DNA from: a virus
Lineage: Duplodnaviria; Caudoviricetes
Direction: 5' to 3' (one strand)
Length of the DNA stretch: 37,434 nucleotides
IMG/VR virus record: IMGVR_UViG_3300037657_000082
Location: 1-37,434 of that record
Shown here one piece after another: positions 1-7,613 of the stretch (position 1 is the first letter of the stretch; each line of letters begins with the position of its first letter). Made by a program: the position numbers and the translations under genes. Under the pieces are notes generated by a model, which saw nothing but the letters and a program-made list of their open reading frames with translations, was not told the origin of the DNA and ran no database searches.

Positions 1-127
1 TGCTTCTGAGCGCACCGCTGATGGCGTGCGGGCAGCAGGTCGCCGGCCGAGGGGGGAGCGTGCCGATGATGGTTGACGGAGCGCCGACAGCGACCGTGCG
101 CTGGCCGTCATGGACACCGCAACCGAC
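1..127 (+). repeat. 127-bp terminal direct repeat, copy 1 (assembly circularisation overlap)
   Basis: 1-127 (tgcttctgag...caaccgac) is identical to 37308-37434 and lies inside a coding sequence. Confidence 0.95.
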
Positions 128-626
128 CAGAACGCCGCGAGTGTACCCGAGCTGGACGGCGGAGCCCACAGCAACCAGCAAGCGTACACCGACGTGGACG
201 CCGACGGCGATTAGAACGGCTACGCCCACTGTGACCGACATACCGACGGCCACGCTGCCGATGCCGCCGACACATCCACCAACGCCATCACCGGCGCCGC
301 CGTTGCCGACAAAGCAGTGCGACGCTCAGTGGCCCTACTCGTACCGAGAGCTGCAGACCATCGCGGCGGCGGCGCGGAACATGCTCTGGTTCGGCAACCG
401 TGAGGAGCCGCAGACGTTGCCGCAGGAGGACGAGCTGCTGAGCATCGGGCTGTACGCGCTCGATCTGGGGGCGCCTTTGACGGACGAGTACACGCTGCTC
501 GCAGACGATGGCGGGCGGATCCGGTGCAGGGGCTTTTGCGCCGGCATCGTGGCGCTGTACGAGGGGGCACCGGATTTGTGCACAAGCTGGGCGGTGGTGA
601 GTTGGGGAGGGGAGGCGTTGGAGTGA
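1..626 (+). CDS. 3' part of lipoprotein: Pro/Thr-rich linker plus C-terminal domain with LGFP-like motif
   Basis: WTP/PTATP repeats, then LGAPLTDEY...RGFCAGIV; the stop overlaps the endolysin GTG start. Confidence 0.75.
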   Translation, partial: LLSAPLMACGQQVAGRGGSVPMMVDGAPTATVRWPSWTPQPTRTPRVYPSWTAEPTATSKRTPTWTPTAIRTATPTVTDIPTATLPMPPTHPPTPSPAPPLPTKQCDAQWPYSYRELQTIAAAARNMLWFGNREEPQTLPQEDELLSIGLYALDLGAPLTDEYTLLADDGGRIRCRGFCAGIVALYEGAPDLCTSWAVVSWGGEALE

Positions 627-2005
627 GTTTACAAAAAGTCGGGCTACACATCCTGTCGGGCTACAGTGGCAACCTGGGCAAGCCGCGTGTGGTCAAGCTG
701 GTGAATGCCAGCGTGGCGTACAAGCAGCAAGTGCGCGACCATGTAGGGCCCGCCTGCCTGATCGTCATCCGGTGGTGGCTGAACGATCAGCCGCTCAATA
801 ACCCCGTCCAGAACGCGCGCGACTGGTACGCGGCGCACCGCGCAGAGATGCTGGCCATAGCGGCCGGTGATCCCAACGTGATCTTTGAGGCGGCCTACAA
901 CGAGATCCCGAGAGAGCAGCGCGCCGCCTACGCCGTGTTCCTGCTCGAGCTGATGCGCCTGATGCACGCCGACGGGCTGCGCTGCGCCGTGGGCTCCTGG
1001 AGCGTGGGCACGCCGGAGCTCGAGGACTGGGACAACGAGTATCGGCCGGTCGTGGAGGCCATGCAGCCGGGCGACGTGCTGTCGCTGCATGAGTACATGG
1101 CGGACGGCGCGGACGTGCAGAACCGCTGGCACATCGGACGCTTCTTGCTGTCACCGCGCATCAAAGACAAGCCGATCATCATCACGGAGTACGGCCGCGA
1201 CGTGTTCACCGAGAACGGGCGCACGTTCGGCTTCCCGGGCTGGCACGCGGACCCGAACTGCAGCCCAAACCAGTACCTGGGGGAGCTGCGCGCCGGCGGG
1301 GCGGTCTACGATGCCTGCCCGAATGTGCTGGGGGTGTGCGTGTTCACGGCGGGGCAGATCACGGACAAGAAGTGGCAGGACTTTGAGGTGAACAGCATCG
1401 CGGCGATCATCGTGGCCGAGGGCGGCGGAGAGTACTCTGCTGGGGAGTTGCCTCCGGCAACTCCACCCCAGGTGGTGACGCCGCCGGCGGAGCCGCCACA
1501 AGTGGTTATGGCCATCGTGAACACGGGCAAGGCGTGGTACAGCGCCGATGGCCTGTTCGGGCCATACGACGGGCATCCACGGCGCGCGCGCGACATGAAC
1601 CTGGAGACGGGCGGCAACACCGACCTGGGCGAACCGCTGCAGGCACCGTTCGAGGGCGACGTGGTCTACGCCTCCAACGCAGGCGGCAAGCACGGCAAGG
1701 TGATCATCATCGTGGGCATCGTGGACGGCGAGCTCACCTGCTGGCACGGCAAGCACCTCCAGCGCATCGACACGCGCATCTGGGCGCACGTAAAGCCCCG
1801 GACGCCCATCGGCGCCATCGGCAACGCTGAGGGCCAGTACGCCGGCGCACACCTGCACGAGGAGATATGCATCGGCGCCATCACCGGCCCGACGCAGGAC
1901 TGGCGCGACCCGGCCTTTGAGTACGTGGATCCGGCTGAGTGGTACAAGGCGCACGGCGTCGACCCGGCACTGGTAGATAGAATGTGCGCCAGGGACGGGC
2001 GATAG
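623..2005 (+). CDS. Endolysin: N-terminal glycoside-hydrolase-like TIM barrel plus C-terminal M23 peptidase
   Basis: GTG at 623 after GGAGG, GTGA overlap; YNE and ITEYG motifs typical of clan GH-A; Pro linker; M23-like GH...D-N, IGAIGN, HLH; directly upstream of holin-like genes. Confidence 0.75.
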   Translation: MSLQKVGLHILSGYSGNLGKPRVVKLVNASVAYKQQVRDHVGPACLIVIRWWLNDQPLNNPVQNARDWYAAHRAEMLAIAAGDPNVIFEAAYNEIPREQRAAYAVFLLELMRLMHADGLRCAVGSWSVGTPELEDWDNEYRPVVEAMQPGDVLSLHEYMADGADVQNRWHIGRFLLSPRIKDKPIIITEYGRDVFTENGRTFGFPGWHADPNCSPNQYLGELRAGGAVYDACPNVLGVCVFTAGQITDKKWQDFEVNSIAAIIVAEGGGEYSAGELPPATPPQVVTPPAEPPQVVMAIVNTGKAWYSADGLFGPYDGHPRRARDMNLETGGNTDLGEPLQAPFEGDVVYASNAGGKHGKVIIIVGIVDGELTCWHGKHLQRIDTRIWAHVKPRTPIGAIGNAEGQYAGAHLHEEICIGAITGPTQDWRDPAFEYVDPAEWYKAHGVDPALVDRMCARDGR

Positions 2006-2032
2006 CCCAACATCGCAGAAAGGCAACACATC

Positions 2033-2296
2033 ATGGCAGAGGGCAACGACAACGGCAGAGTGACGATGGCGGTTCTCTCGACCAAGCTCGACACGGTGAT
2101 CTCGCGCTTGGACGAGCTGGCCAAGTGCGCACAGCACGACCATGACGTGGTGGTCGAGCATACGCAGGTACTGGAGGATCGTGGGCGCCGGATTGCGGTG
2201 CTCGAATCGCAAGCGGCGGCGCGGACCTGGGAAACGCGCATCGTAGAACTACTGCTGGCGGTTGCCACTGGCATTGGGTTCATCAAAGGATCGTGA
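2033..2296 (+). CDS. Small coiled-coil protein with C-terminal TM helix (XhlA-like holin accessory)
   Basis: Heptad-like N-terminus, hydrophobic C-terminus IVELLLAVATGIGFI; lysis-cassette position. Confidence 0.55.
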   Translation: MAEGNDNGRVTMAVLSTKLDTVISRLDELAKCAQHDHDVVVEHTQVLEDRGRRIAVLESQAAARTWETRIVELLLAVATGIGFIKGS

Positions 2297-2317
2297 CGAT
2301 AGGCGCAGGAGGTTAAC

Positions 2318-2701
2318 ATGGGCATCGAGTTTCCGATCAATGCAGCGGCGGTTCTGACCATCGCAGGAGCGGCGATCTTGACCGCCCTGCTGGGGCTGTG
2401 GCTGAAGCACTATCTGCCAGACTGGAGGTTCACCAACCTGCTGGTGCTGGCGCTGGCCATCGTCCTCGTGATGCTGGCGCAGTGCGTGGTGACGCAGTGG
2501 CGGCCCAGTGGGGAAGCGCTTTATGCGGCGTTCCTGGTGGCGCTGGCGGCGGCAAGCCTGGCAACATTTGGGTATGAGACGATCGTGAACGCTCTGGGGC
2601 TGGCAGGCATCGGCAAACGCAGCGATAAGGCTCTGCTGCTGCAGGCCGAGATGACCGTGTTGGACAGCGACCAGGCGGCAGTACCGCCGCCTGATAAGTA
2701 G
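2318..2701 (+). CDS. Putative holin (about 3 TM helices)
   Basis: AGGAGG RBS, three hydrophobic segments, charged C-terminal tail; last gene of lysis cassette. Confidence 0.7.
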   Translation: MGIEFPINAAAVLTIAGAAILTALLGLWLKHYLPDWRFTNLLVLALAIVLVMLAQCVVTQWRPSGEALYAAFLVALAAASLATFGYETIVNALGLAGIGKRSDKALLLQAEMTVLDSDQAAVPPPDK

Positions 2702-2751
2702 GCCGCTCGGGGGACCTGACGACGCCTTGCGGGCGGCTCTCCTCCTTTGTT

Positions 2752-2790
2752 GGCGGCGCGCGTCGGACTGACCCACCGGCGCGCGCCGTC
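2752..2790. terminator. GC-rich hairpin between convergent late and integrase operons
   Basis: 15-bp stem GGCGGCGCGCGTCGG / CCGGCGCGCGCCGTC (two G-U pairs on the + strand), 9-nt loop; weak U-tract. Confidence 0.55.
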
Positions 2791-2798
2791 GAACTGTT

Positions 2799-2844
2799 GC
2801 TACATCTATTAGTGAGCGTGTGGACGATGACTAACAGGTAGTGC
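2799..2844. other. Candidate attP for the serine integrase
   Basis: Imperfect inverted repeat GCTACATCTATTAGT-N16-ACTAACAGGTAGTGC (10/15 symmetric), AT-rich for this genome, abutting the integrase stop codon. Confidence 0.5.
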
Positions 2845-4286
2845 TAAAGCCAGTCGATCGCCAAAGCGGCGGGCTTGTGGAGGGTGACGCGGCGTATGAT
2901 GGCGGCATAGACGCGGCGCAGGTCCCCAGGGGACAGGGCGTCGAGGGTCCCCACGAGGCCGCGCATGGCGTCCAGGCGCTGCACGGTGGCGCGACGCGCC
3001 TCCAGTGTCGCCTCCAGGCGCGCGCGATCGTCTTTCAACTGCTCCACCTGCCCCAGCAGCTTTTGGCGGTGCAGAAGCATCTCGTTGGCGGTGATGGCGC
3101 CGGTCTCGTACAGGCTATCCCAACGGGCATAGCGAGCCTCAACCTCGCCTAACTGAGCGTCGATGGCCATTACCTGTTGCTGGGCGTTTGCGATCTGCCC
3201 GGGCGTCTCACGCGAGCTGGCCCAAGCCTCGGGATCCGTCAGCGCCTGCCGGACCTGGCGCAGCACCTCAGTTTCGGCCCACGACGCCGACCACTGGCCC
3301 GCTTTACAGCCGTCCGAGACTTTGCCGGTCTTGTTGCAGCGAATCACTGGGTCGCGGCCGGTGCGGTAGACGTAGCCGCAAGCCCAGCCGCAGGCGCCGC
3401 AGGTAGTGAGCCGCACCAGGGGCCGGCGCGCGTCTGGTTCGCGGAACTGCCAGGCGGAGCGCGTCTCGCAGATGGCACGGACACGCTCGGACAGCTCTGT
3501 GGCGACTAAGGGCGGGTGCGCACCTTCACCATGGACAGAGCCCCAATGCACGTCACCGACGTACACGCGGTTCTGCAGGATGTTGCCGACGGTGGAGGCG
3601 TACCAGACCGCACCACTGGGCGCCGGCACGCCGCGGCGCTCGAGCTCGTTCATGATCTTGACGTAGCCCCAACCCTCGGCGCGGCGCTCATAGATCCAGG
3701 CCACCCAAGGGGCCTCGGCGGGATCGGGACGCAGGCCGGTGGTAGGATCCAGGTCGTAGCCGTAAGGGGGGCGTGGGCCACTGTATAGGCCACGACGGGC
3801 GCGCGCCTGCATGCCCATGCGCGAGCGGCGGACACGGGTGCGGTTCTCTTGCTCGCTTACCCAGCCGAACAGCACCTCGGAGAGACGCGCCGTGTCGCTA
3901 TCGGCCATGAGCTCGGGCGCTACAGGCTCCACCGGCTGATTCATCGAAAACGCCTGCACGTGGTGCTCGCGGCAGAGGGCCATGAGCTGCGCGCGGAGGG
4001 CGTCGGTACGCCAGAGCCGGTCGTAGTCCCTCACCACAAGCAGGTCGATGGTCTCAGACTCGATCAGGCGCACCATCTCGCCATAGCCGGCCGAGTCACG
4101 CACGAGCTCGTGCAGCCAGTTGTAGTTGCGCGACTGGCCGGGGATGCGGATGACGAGAGCGACGGTCCAGCCGCGGGCCAGACATACGGCGCGCGCGTCG
4201 GCCTCCTGGGTTTCGAGACTGGCCTTGTCGTCGGCGGCCTGCTTGGGATCAGAGACGACGGCGAGAATGCAGACGCGGTAGGTCAT
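2844..4286 (-). CDS. int: Large serine recombinase (integrase)
   Basis: Resolvase domain (VVSD..Q, SLETQ, DRLWR), recombinase domain (PPYGY, ILQNRVYVG), Zn ribbon (CGACG...C...C), coiled coil. Confidence 0.93.
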   Translation of the reverse strand: MTYRVCILAVVSDPKQAADDKASLETQEADARAVCLARGWTVALVIRIPGQSRNYNWLHELVRDSAGYGEMVRLIESETIDLLVVRDYDRLWRTDALRAQLMALCREHHVQAFSMNQPVEPVAPELMADSDTARLSEVLFGWVSEQENRTRVRRSRMGMQARARRGLYSGPRPPYGYDLDPTTGLRPDPAEAPWVAWIYERRAEGWGYVKIMNELERRGVPAPSGAVWYASTVGNILQNRVYVGDVHWGSVHGEGAHPPLVATELSERVRAICETRSAWQFREPDARRPLVRLTTCGACGWACGYVYRTGRDPVIRCNKTGKVSDGCKAGQWSASWAETEVLRQVRQALTDPEAWASSRETPGQIANAQQQVMAIDAQLGEVEARYARWDSLYETGAITANEMLLHRQKLLGQVEQLKDDRARLEATLEARRATVQRLDAMRGLVGTLDALSPGDLRRVYAAIIRRVTLHKPAALAIDWL

Positions 4287-4289
4287 GGG

Positions 4290-5747
4290 CTAGATACCAA
4301 GCTCGCGCTGCTCGCCTGGAGTCGCTTGCACGCGCGGGGCCTTCTTGAAGGTCCTGTCCACCTGGCGCAACGGCGGCATGTTGATGACCTTGCCGGAGAG
4401 CAGATCGGCAATGGTCAGGATCTGCAGGCGCGGATGCTTGCCCCATGATGATTCATACACGCCGGCGCTGGCGGCCTCCGCGCGCATGGGCGCGGTGGGC
4501 TCGTGCATGGTGATGAGCACGCCGAGCTGGGCCTCCTCGCGATCGATGACGCCGCGCAGATCGCGTACATGGGCGACGGACGTGCCGCCGGCTTTGACTG
4601 ATAGCAGCACTCGCTTGGTCTTCCCGCCAGCCGCTTCGTCGTGGAAGGGGAGCTCGCCATCGATGCCGTGGTCGGCGCCCTTCTTCTGATCGGCGGGACG
4701 TGCGCCCACCAGGCCGAGCGCCCACCATTGGAACTGGTAGGGGTCAGTGCGCGCGAGCTCCTCGGCGTCTGGGACGGAGACGGGCTCACCGACCACTTGG
4801 TAGCTGACCTGGTCATCGAACGCATCGTGCAAACGACGCTTCATCAGCCCGATGGCGAGATGGGTGATGTCGATGCCGATCCAGCGCCGCCCCAGCTTCT
4901 GCGCCGCGCACACGGTGGTACCGCAGCCGCAGAAAGGATCCAGTACCAGGTCGCCCTCGTTGCTGGAGGCCAGAATGATGCGCTCCAAGAGAGCCTCAGG
5001 CTTCTGCGTGGGATATCCGAGACGCTCACTACTGCGCGCGGCCAGTGTGATGTCCCAAACGTCATCCATGAGCTTGCCATTCGGGTCGATATAGTAGCGC
5101 ATCCCAGTGTCATTGTGGATGTGGTAGATTCGGCCTTCTTCGTCGCGCTGCCACTTCTTCAGAGTGCTTTCGGGCCAGGGCTCGCGGGGCGGATTCCAGG
5201 TGACGTTCCTCGCTGGCCCCCTAGAGTACCGGAAAATCGTGTCGTGGTTCCGTATCAGAGTCTTTTTCGGCGCACCACTGGATGTCTGGTAGTGCCAGAC
5301 AATCTCATTCAGAAAGTTCTTGGCCCCGAAGGTGGCATCCAGTACTATCTTCAGATAATGGCTGGCAGTATGGTCGCAGTGCAGGTAGATGCTGCCGGCG
5401 GCCTTCAGCACGCGACGGAGCTCAACCAGCCGCGGCGCCATCATGGTGAGATAGGCGAGCATATTGGTGTCGCCCAGGAGCTCACGGAAGGCCCGCAGCG
5501 CCCTGGACACACTGCCACCCGCCTCTACGGTTTCCTCGTAGGCCCGAACCGCGGACTGGTCCCACGTCCATGTATCCTCGAAGGCGAGGGCCTGAGCGGC
5601 GGCGCGGGTGCCGTCTTGCTCGGCAAAGAGGACGTTGTAGGTGGCGTTGGAGTTGAACGGCGGGTCCAGGTAGATGAGATCGACGGTCTCATCCTGGAGA
5701 TAGCGCCGCAGAACGTCCAAGTTGTCGCCGTAGTAAAGGGTGTTCAT
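4290..5747 (-). CDS. Beta-class N6A/N4C DNA methyltransferase fused to C-terminal Mrr-like nuclease domain
   Basis: LIYLDPPF, GYPTQKP and DPFCGCGTT in beta order; C-terminal DHGIDG...SVK...VRDLRG. Confidence 0.88.
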   Translation of the reverse strand: MNTLYYGDNLDVLRRYLQDETVDLIYLDPPFNSNATYNVLFAEQDGTRAAAQALAFEDTWTWDQSAVRAYEETVEAGGSVSRALRAFRELLGDTNMLAYLTMMAPRLVELRRVLKAAGSIYLHCDHTASHYLKIVLDATFGAKNFLNEIVWHYQTSSGAPKKTLIRNHDTIFRYSRGPARNVTWNPPREPWPESTLKKWQRDEEGRIYHIHNDTGMRYYIDPNGKLMDDVWDITLAARSSERLGYPTQKPEALLERIILASSNEGDLVLDPFCGCGTTVCAAQKLGRRWIGIDITHLAIGLMKRRLHDAFDDQVSYQVVGEPVSVPDAEELARTDPYQFQWWALGLVGARPADQKKGADHGIDGELPFHDEAAGGKTKRVLLSVKAGGTSVAHVRDLRGVIDREEAQLGVLITMHEPTAPMRAEAASAGVYESSWGKHPRLQILTIADLLSGKVINMPPLRQVDRTFKKAPRVQATPGEQRELGI

Positions 5748-5749
5748 TG

Positions 5750-6631
5750 CTACACCACGGGCTCCTCGCCCGCAACTCCAGTCTGCTCGGAGAGACTTCG
5801 AAGAAGGGGCTGTACTTCGGGAGACGCCACACCCATCATCGTCCCAGCATACCGAATCATCGCATCGCCCAGCGGGGTGAGCTGGTATCTGAGGACGTCA
5901 GACCCCAACCTGTCATCGGCGGATTTTACGATCTCTGGAGTCAGCAGACGGAACTTGGTCCGGAGCGCACCAGTCTCCAACAGCCGGGAGATCGCCGAAC
6001 AACGCCGGCTGTTTGCCACTACCTCGCCATATGTCACCAACCGAGGGTCAGCAACCTCGCCCGATTGGGACGCCACCAAGAGAGTCTCCCAGCAAGCGTA
6101 GTCTAGCGCCTCTGCCCGCGACTTGACTGTCAGGTTGCGCAGTTGATCGACTGCACGGATCGCATCGACAATCGCGTCCCGTACCGCCTGCACCGCCTCC
6201 TCAGGGTGCGCTTCAGGATCGTACCGGTTCACCCGGACGTTGGCCAAGTCGAAGAGGAGTTTGTCATCATCTGACCTGAACAGGAGCACCTCCTCGGGCT
6301 GACGTATCGCATGGGCAAGCCCCACCTCATACATCACGTTGTCGTTGCGGACGGATCTGCTCCCGACCTGCCCAATGGATGTCACGTCTGCGAAGACGAG
6401 CAGAGAGTTGCCGATGCCGTCTAGGATCTCAGTCAGTATGGACTCGCTCGCCTTGCCAGCGTCGACTCGCACTGGCAGCAAGCTATCCCCGTTCACCGCT
6501 ACGCCGCCAATCGCTGGTGCGATAACGCGCTCCCACCGCTCACTGAACTGTGGATCGAAGCTCATGGCGACGAAGACCTTGCTCCCTGACGGAAACGGGG
6601 GGAACGCATCGAAGAAACGCGACGGGTACAC
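5750..6631 (-). CDS. Nucleoside 2-deoxyribosyltransferase/TIR-like domain plus probable C-terminal winged helix
   Basis: VFVAMSF, ADVT and NDNVMYEVGLAHA motifs; C-terminal AISRLLETG...YQLTPLG; GGGGAGG RBS. Confidence 0.65.
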   Translation of the reverse strand: MYPSRFFDAFPPFPSGSKVFVAMSFDPQFSERWERVIAPAIGGVAVNGDSLLPVRVDAGKASESILTEILDGIGNSLLVFADVTSIGQVGSRSVRNDNVMYEVGLAHAIRQPEEVLLFRSDDDKLLFDLANVRVNRYDPEAHPEEAVQAVRDAIVDAIRAVDQLRNLTVKSRAEALDYACWETLLVASQSGEVADPRLVTYGEVVANSRRCSAISRLLETGALRTKFRLLTPEIVKSADDRLGSDVLRYQLTPLGDAMIRYAGTMMGVASPEVQPLLRSLSEQTGVAGEEPVV

Positions 6632-6803
6632 GTGGTCGCCTCCCCTGTTAGTCTATGATCACAGTCATTTGATCTGTGGTACGCGTCGATCGCCGCTCCC
6701 CAAGCGACCGGATATGAGCATAACTGCGCCCGGTCGCGCGCGAGCCCATGGCTAGCTGATCTATCGCGGCTTCAGGCTCCAGTTGCCGTCCGCGTGGTGA
6801 CTT

Positions 6804-7574
6804 CTACTCGGCAACGCCCGTAAGGGAGATGATTTGGGCTAGGCCATACAGGAGGTAACCTTCTGACTCGCTCGTCTTCTCCTGGTAGGTGGCCAAGTCG
6901 CTGGGCTTCTGATCATCGATGTACTCCATGAAGGCAGTCAACGCTTCTGCGCGGCTGACGGTGCACATCCACAGGCTCGTCACGGCTTCGTCTAGCCGTT
7001 CGTCCTCCACGCTCAACATAAGCAGCGCCGTTCCTGCAGTATCCCAAGCATCGCGAGCCTCTTTGGCCAGGAGGTAGAGCCTAACGACGTCAGTCGATTC
7101 ACCTTCCGCGATCAGCGCAGCGTGTGTCTTGAGAGCGGCCGCCGCCTCTTCTGCTGGCTCGAATATACTCATTACCTGGGCTTGTACTTCCTTAGCTTCC
7201 ACGCTCGCGTCTGGCGTGCTGGTGGGTGCAACCGTAGGCACGAGCGTTCGCGTAGGCTTGGGAGTGCGGGTTGGCACGCTCGTCCCAGCCGGAGTGTCGG
7301 TAGGCGCAGCGGTGGCCACGGCTTTCCTTGAGGTGGGGGCCATGGCAGCGGTAGCAGTCTCGTCCGGCAAGCTGATTGTTCGCGTGGGATCATCATCGCC
7401 GCCGCCAGACAGCGCCGCAGAAATGATGATGAGCAGGAGGAATGCTCCGCCGGCGATCAGGCACCCGGTCTTCTTGCGCTTGGGCATGGGAGGCAATTCG
7501 ACGCCACACCGCGGACAGTGTAGCGCCTTCCTGTCATTGACGTCGTGGCCATTCGGACACATGCGCCTCGCCAT
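6804..7574 (-). CDS. Zn-ribbon, single-TM membrane protein with Pro/Thr linker and extracellular helical domain
   Basis: CPNGH...CPRCG, basic patch KRKK, TM GCLIAGGAFLLLIIISAAL, PT-rich linker. Confidence 0.7.
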   Translation of the reverse strand: MARRMCPNGHDVNDRKALHCPRCGVELPPMPKRKKTGCLIAGGAFLLLIIISAALSGGGDDDPTRTISLPDETATAAMAPTSRKAVATAAPTDTPAGTSVPTRTPKPTRTLVPTVAPTSTPDASVEAKEVQAQVMSIFEPAEEAAAALKTHAALIAEGESTDVVRLYLLAKEARDAWDTAGTALLMLSVEDERLDEAVTSLWMCTVSRAEALTAFMEYIDDQKPSDLATYQEKTSESEGYLLYGLAQIISLTGVAE

Positions 7575-7613
7575 GTTGCCTCCATGCGGCTGTGAGGTTA
7601 GCGCGGCTCTGCG

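Noticed and set aside
1-127. Biological terminal repeat of the virion DNA
   Set aside because: Length matches a common assembler k-mer (127), it falls mid-gene, and the HNH/P27-TerS module points to cos ends near 19.5 kb.
524-622. Longer N-termini given by the ORF track (524, 11916, 12870, 13726, 17646, 19523, 30331, 36351)
   Set aside because: Downstream starts have RBSs or stop/start overlaps and avoid large overlaps with neighbours.
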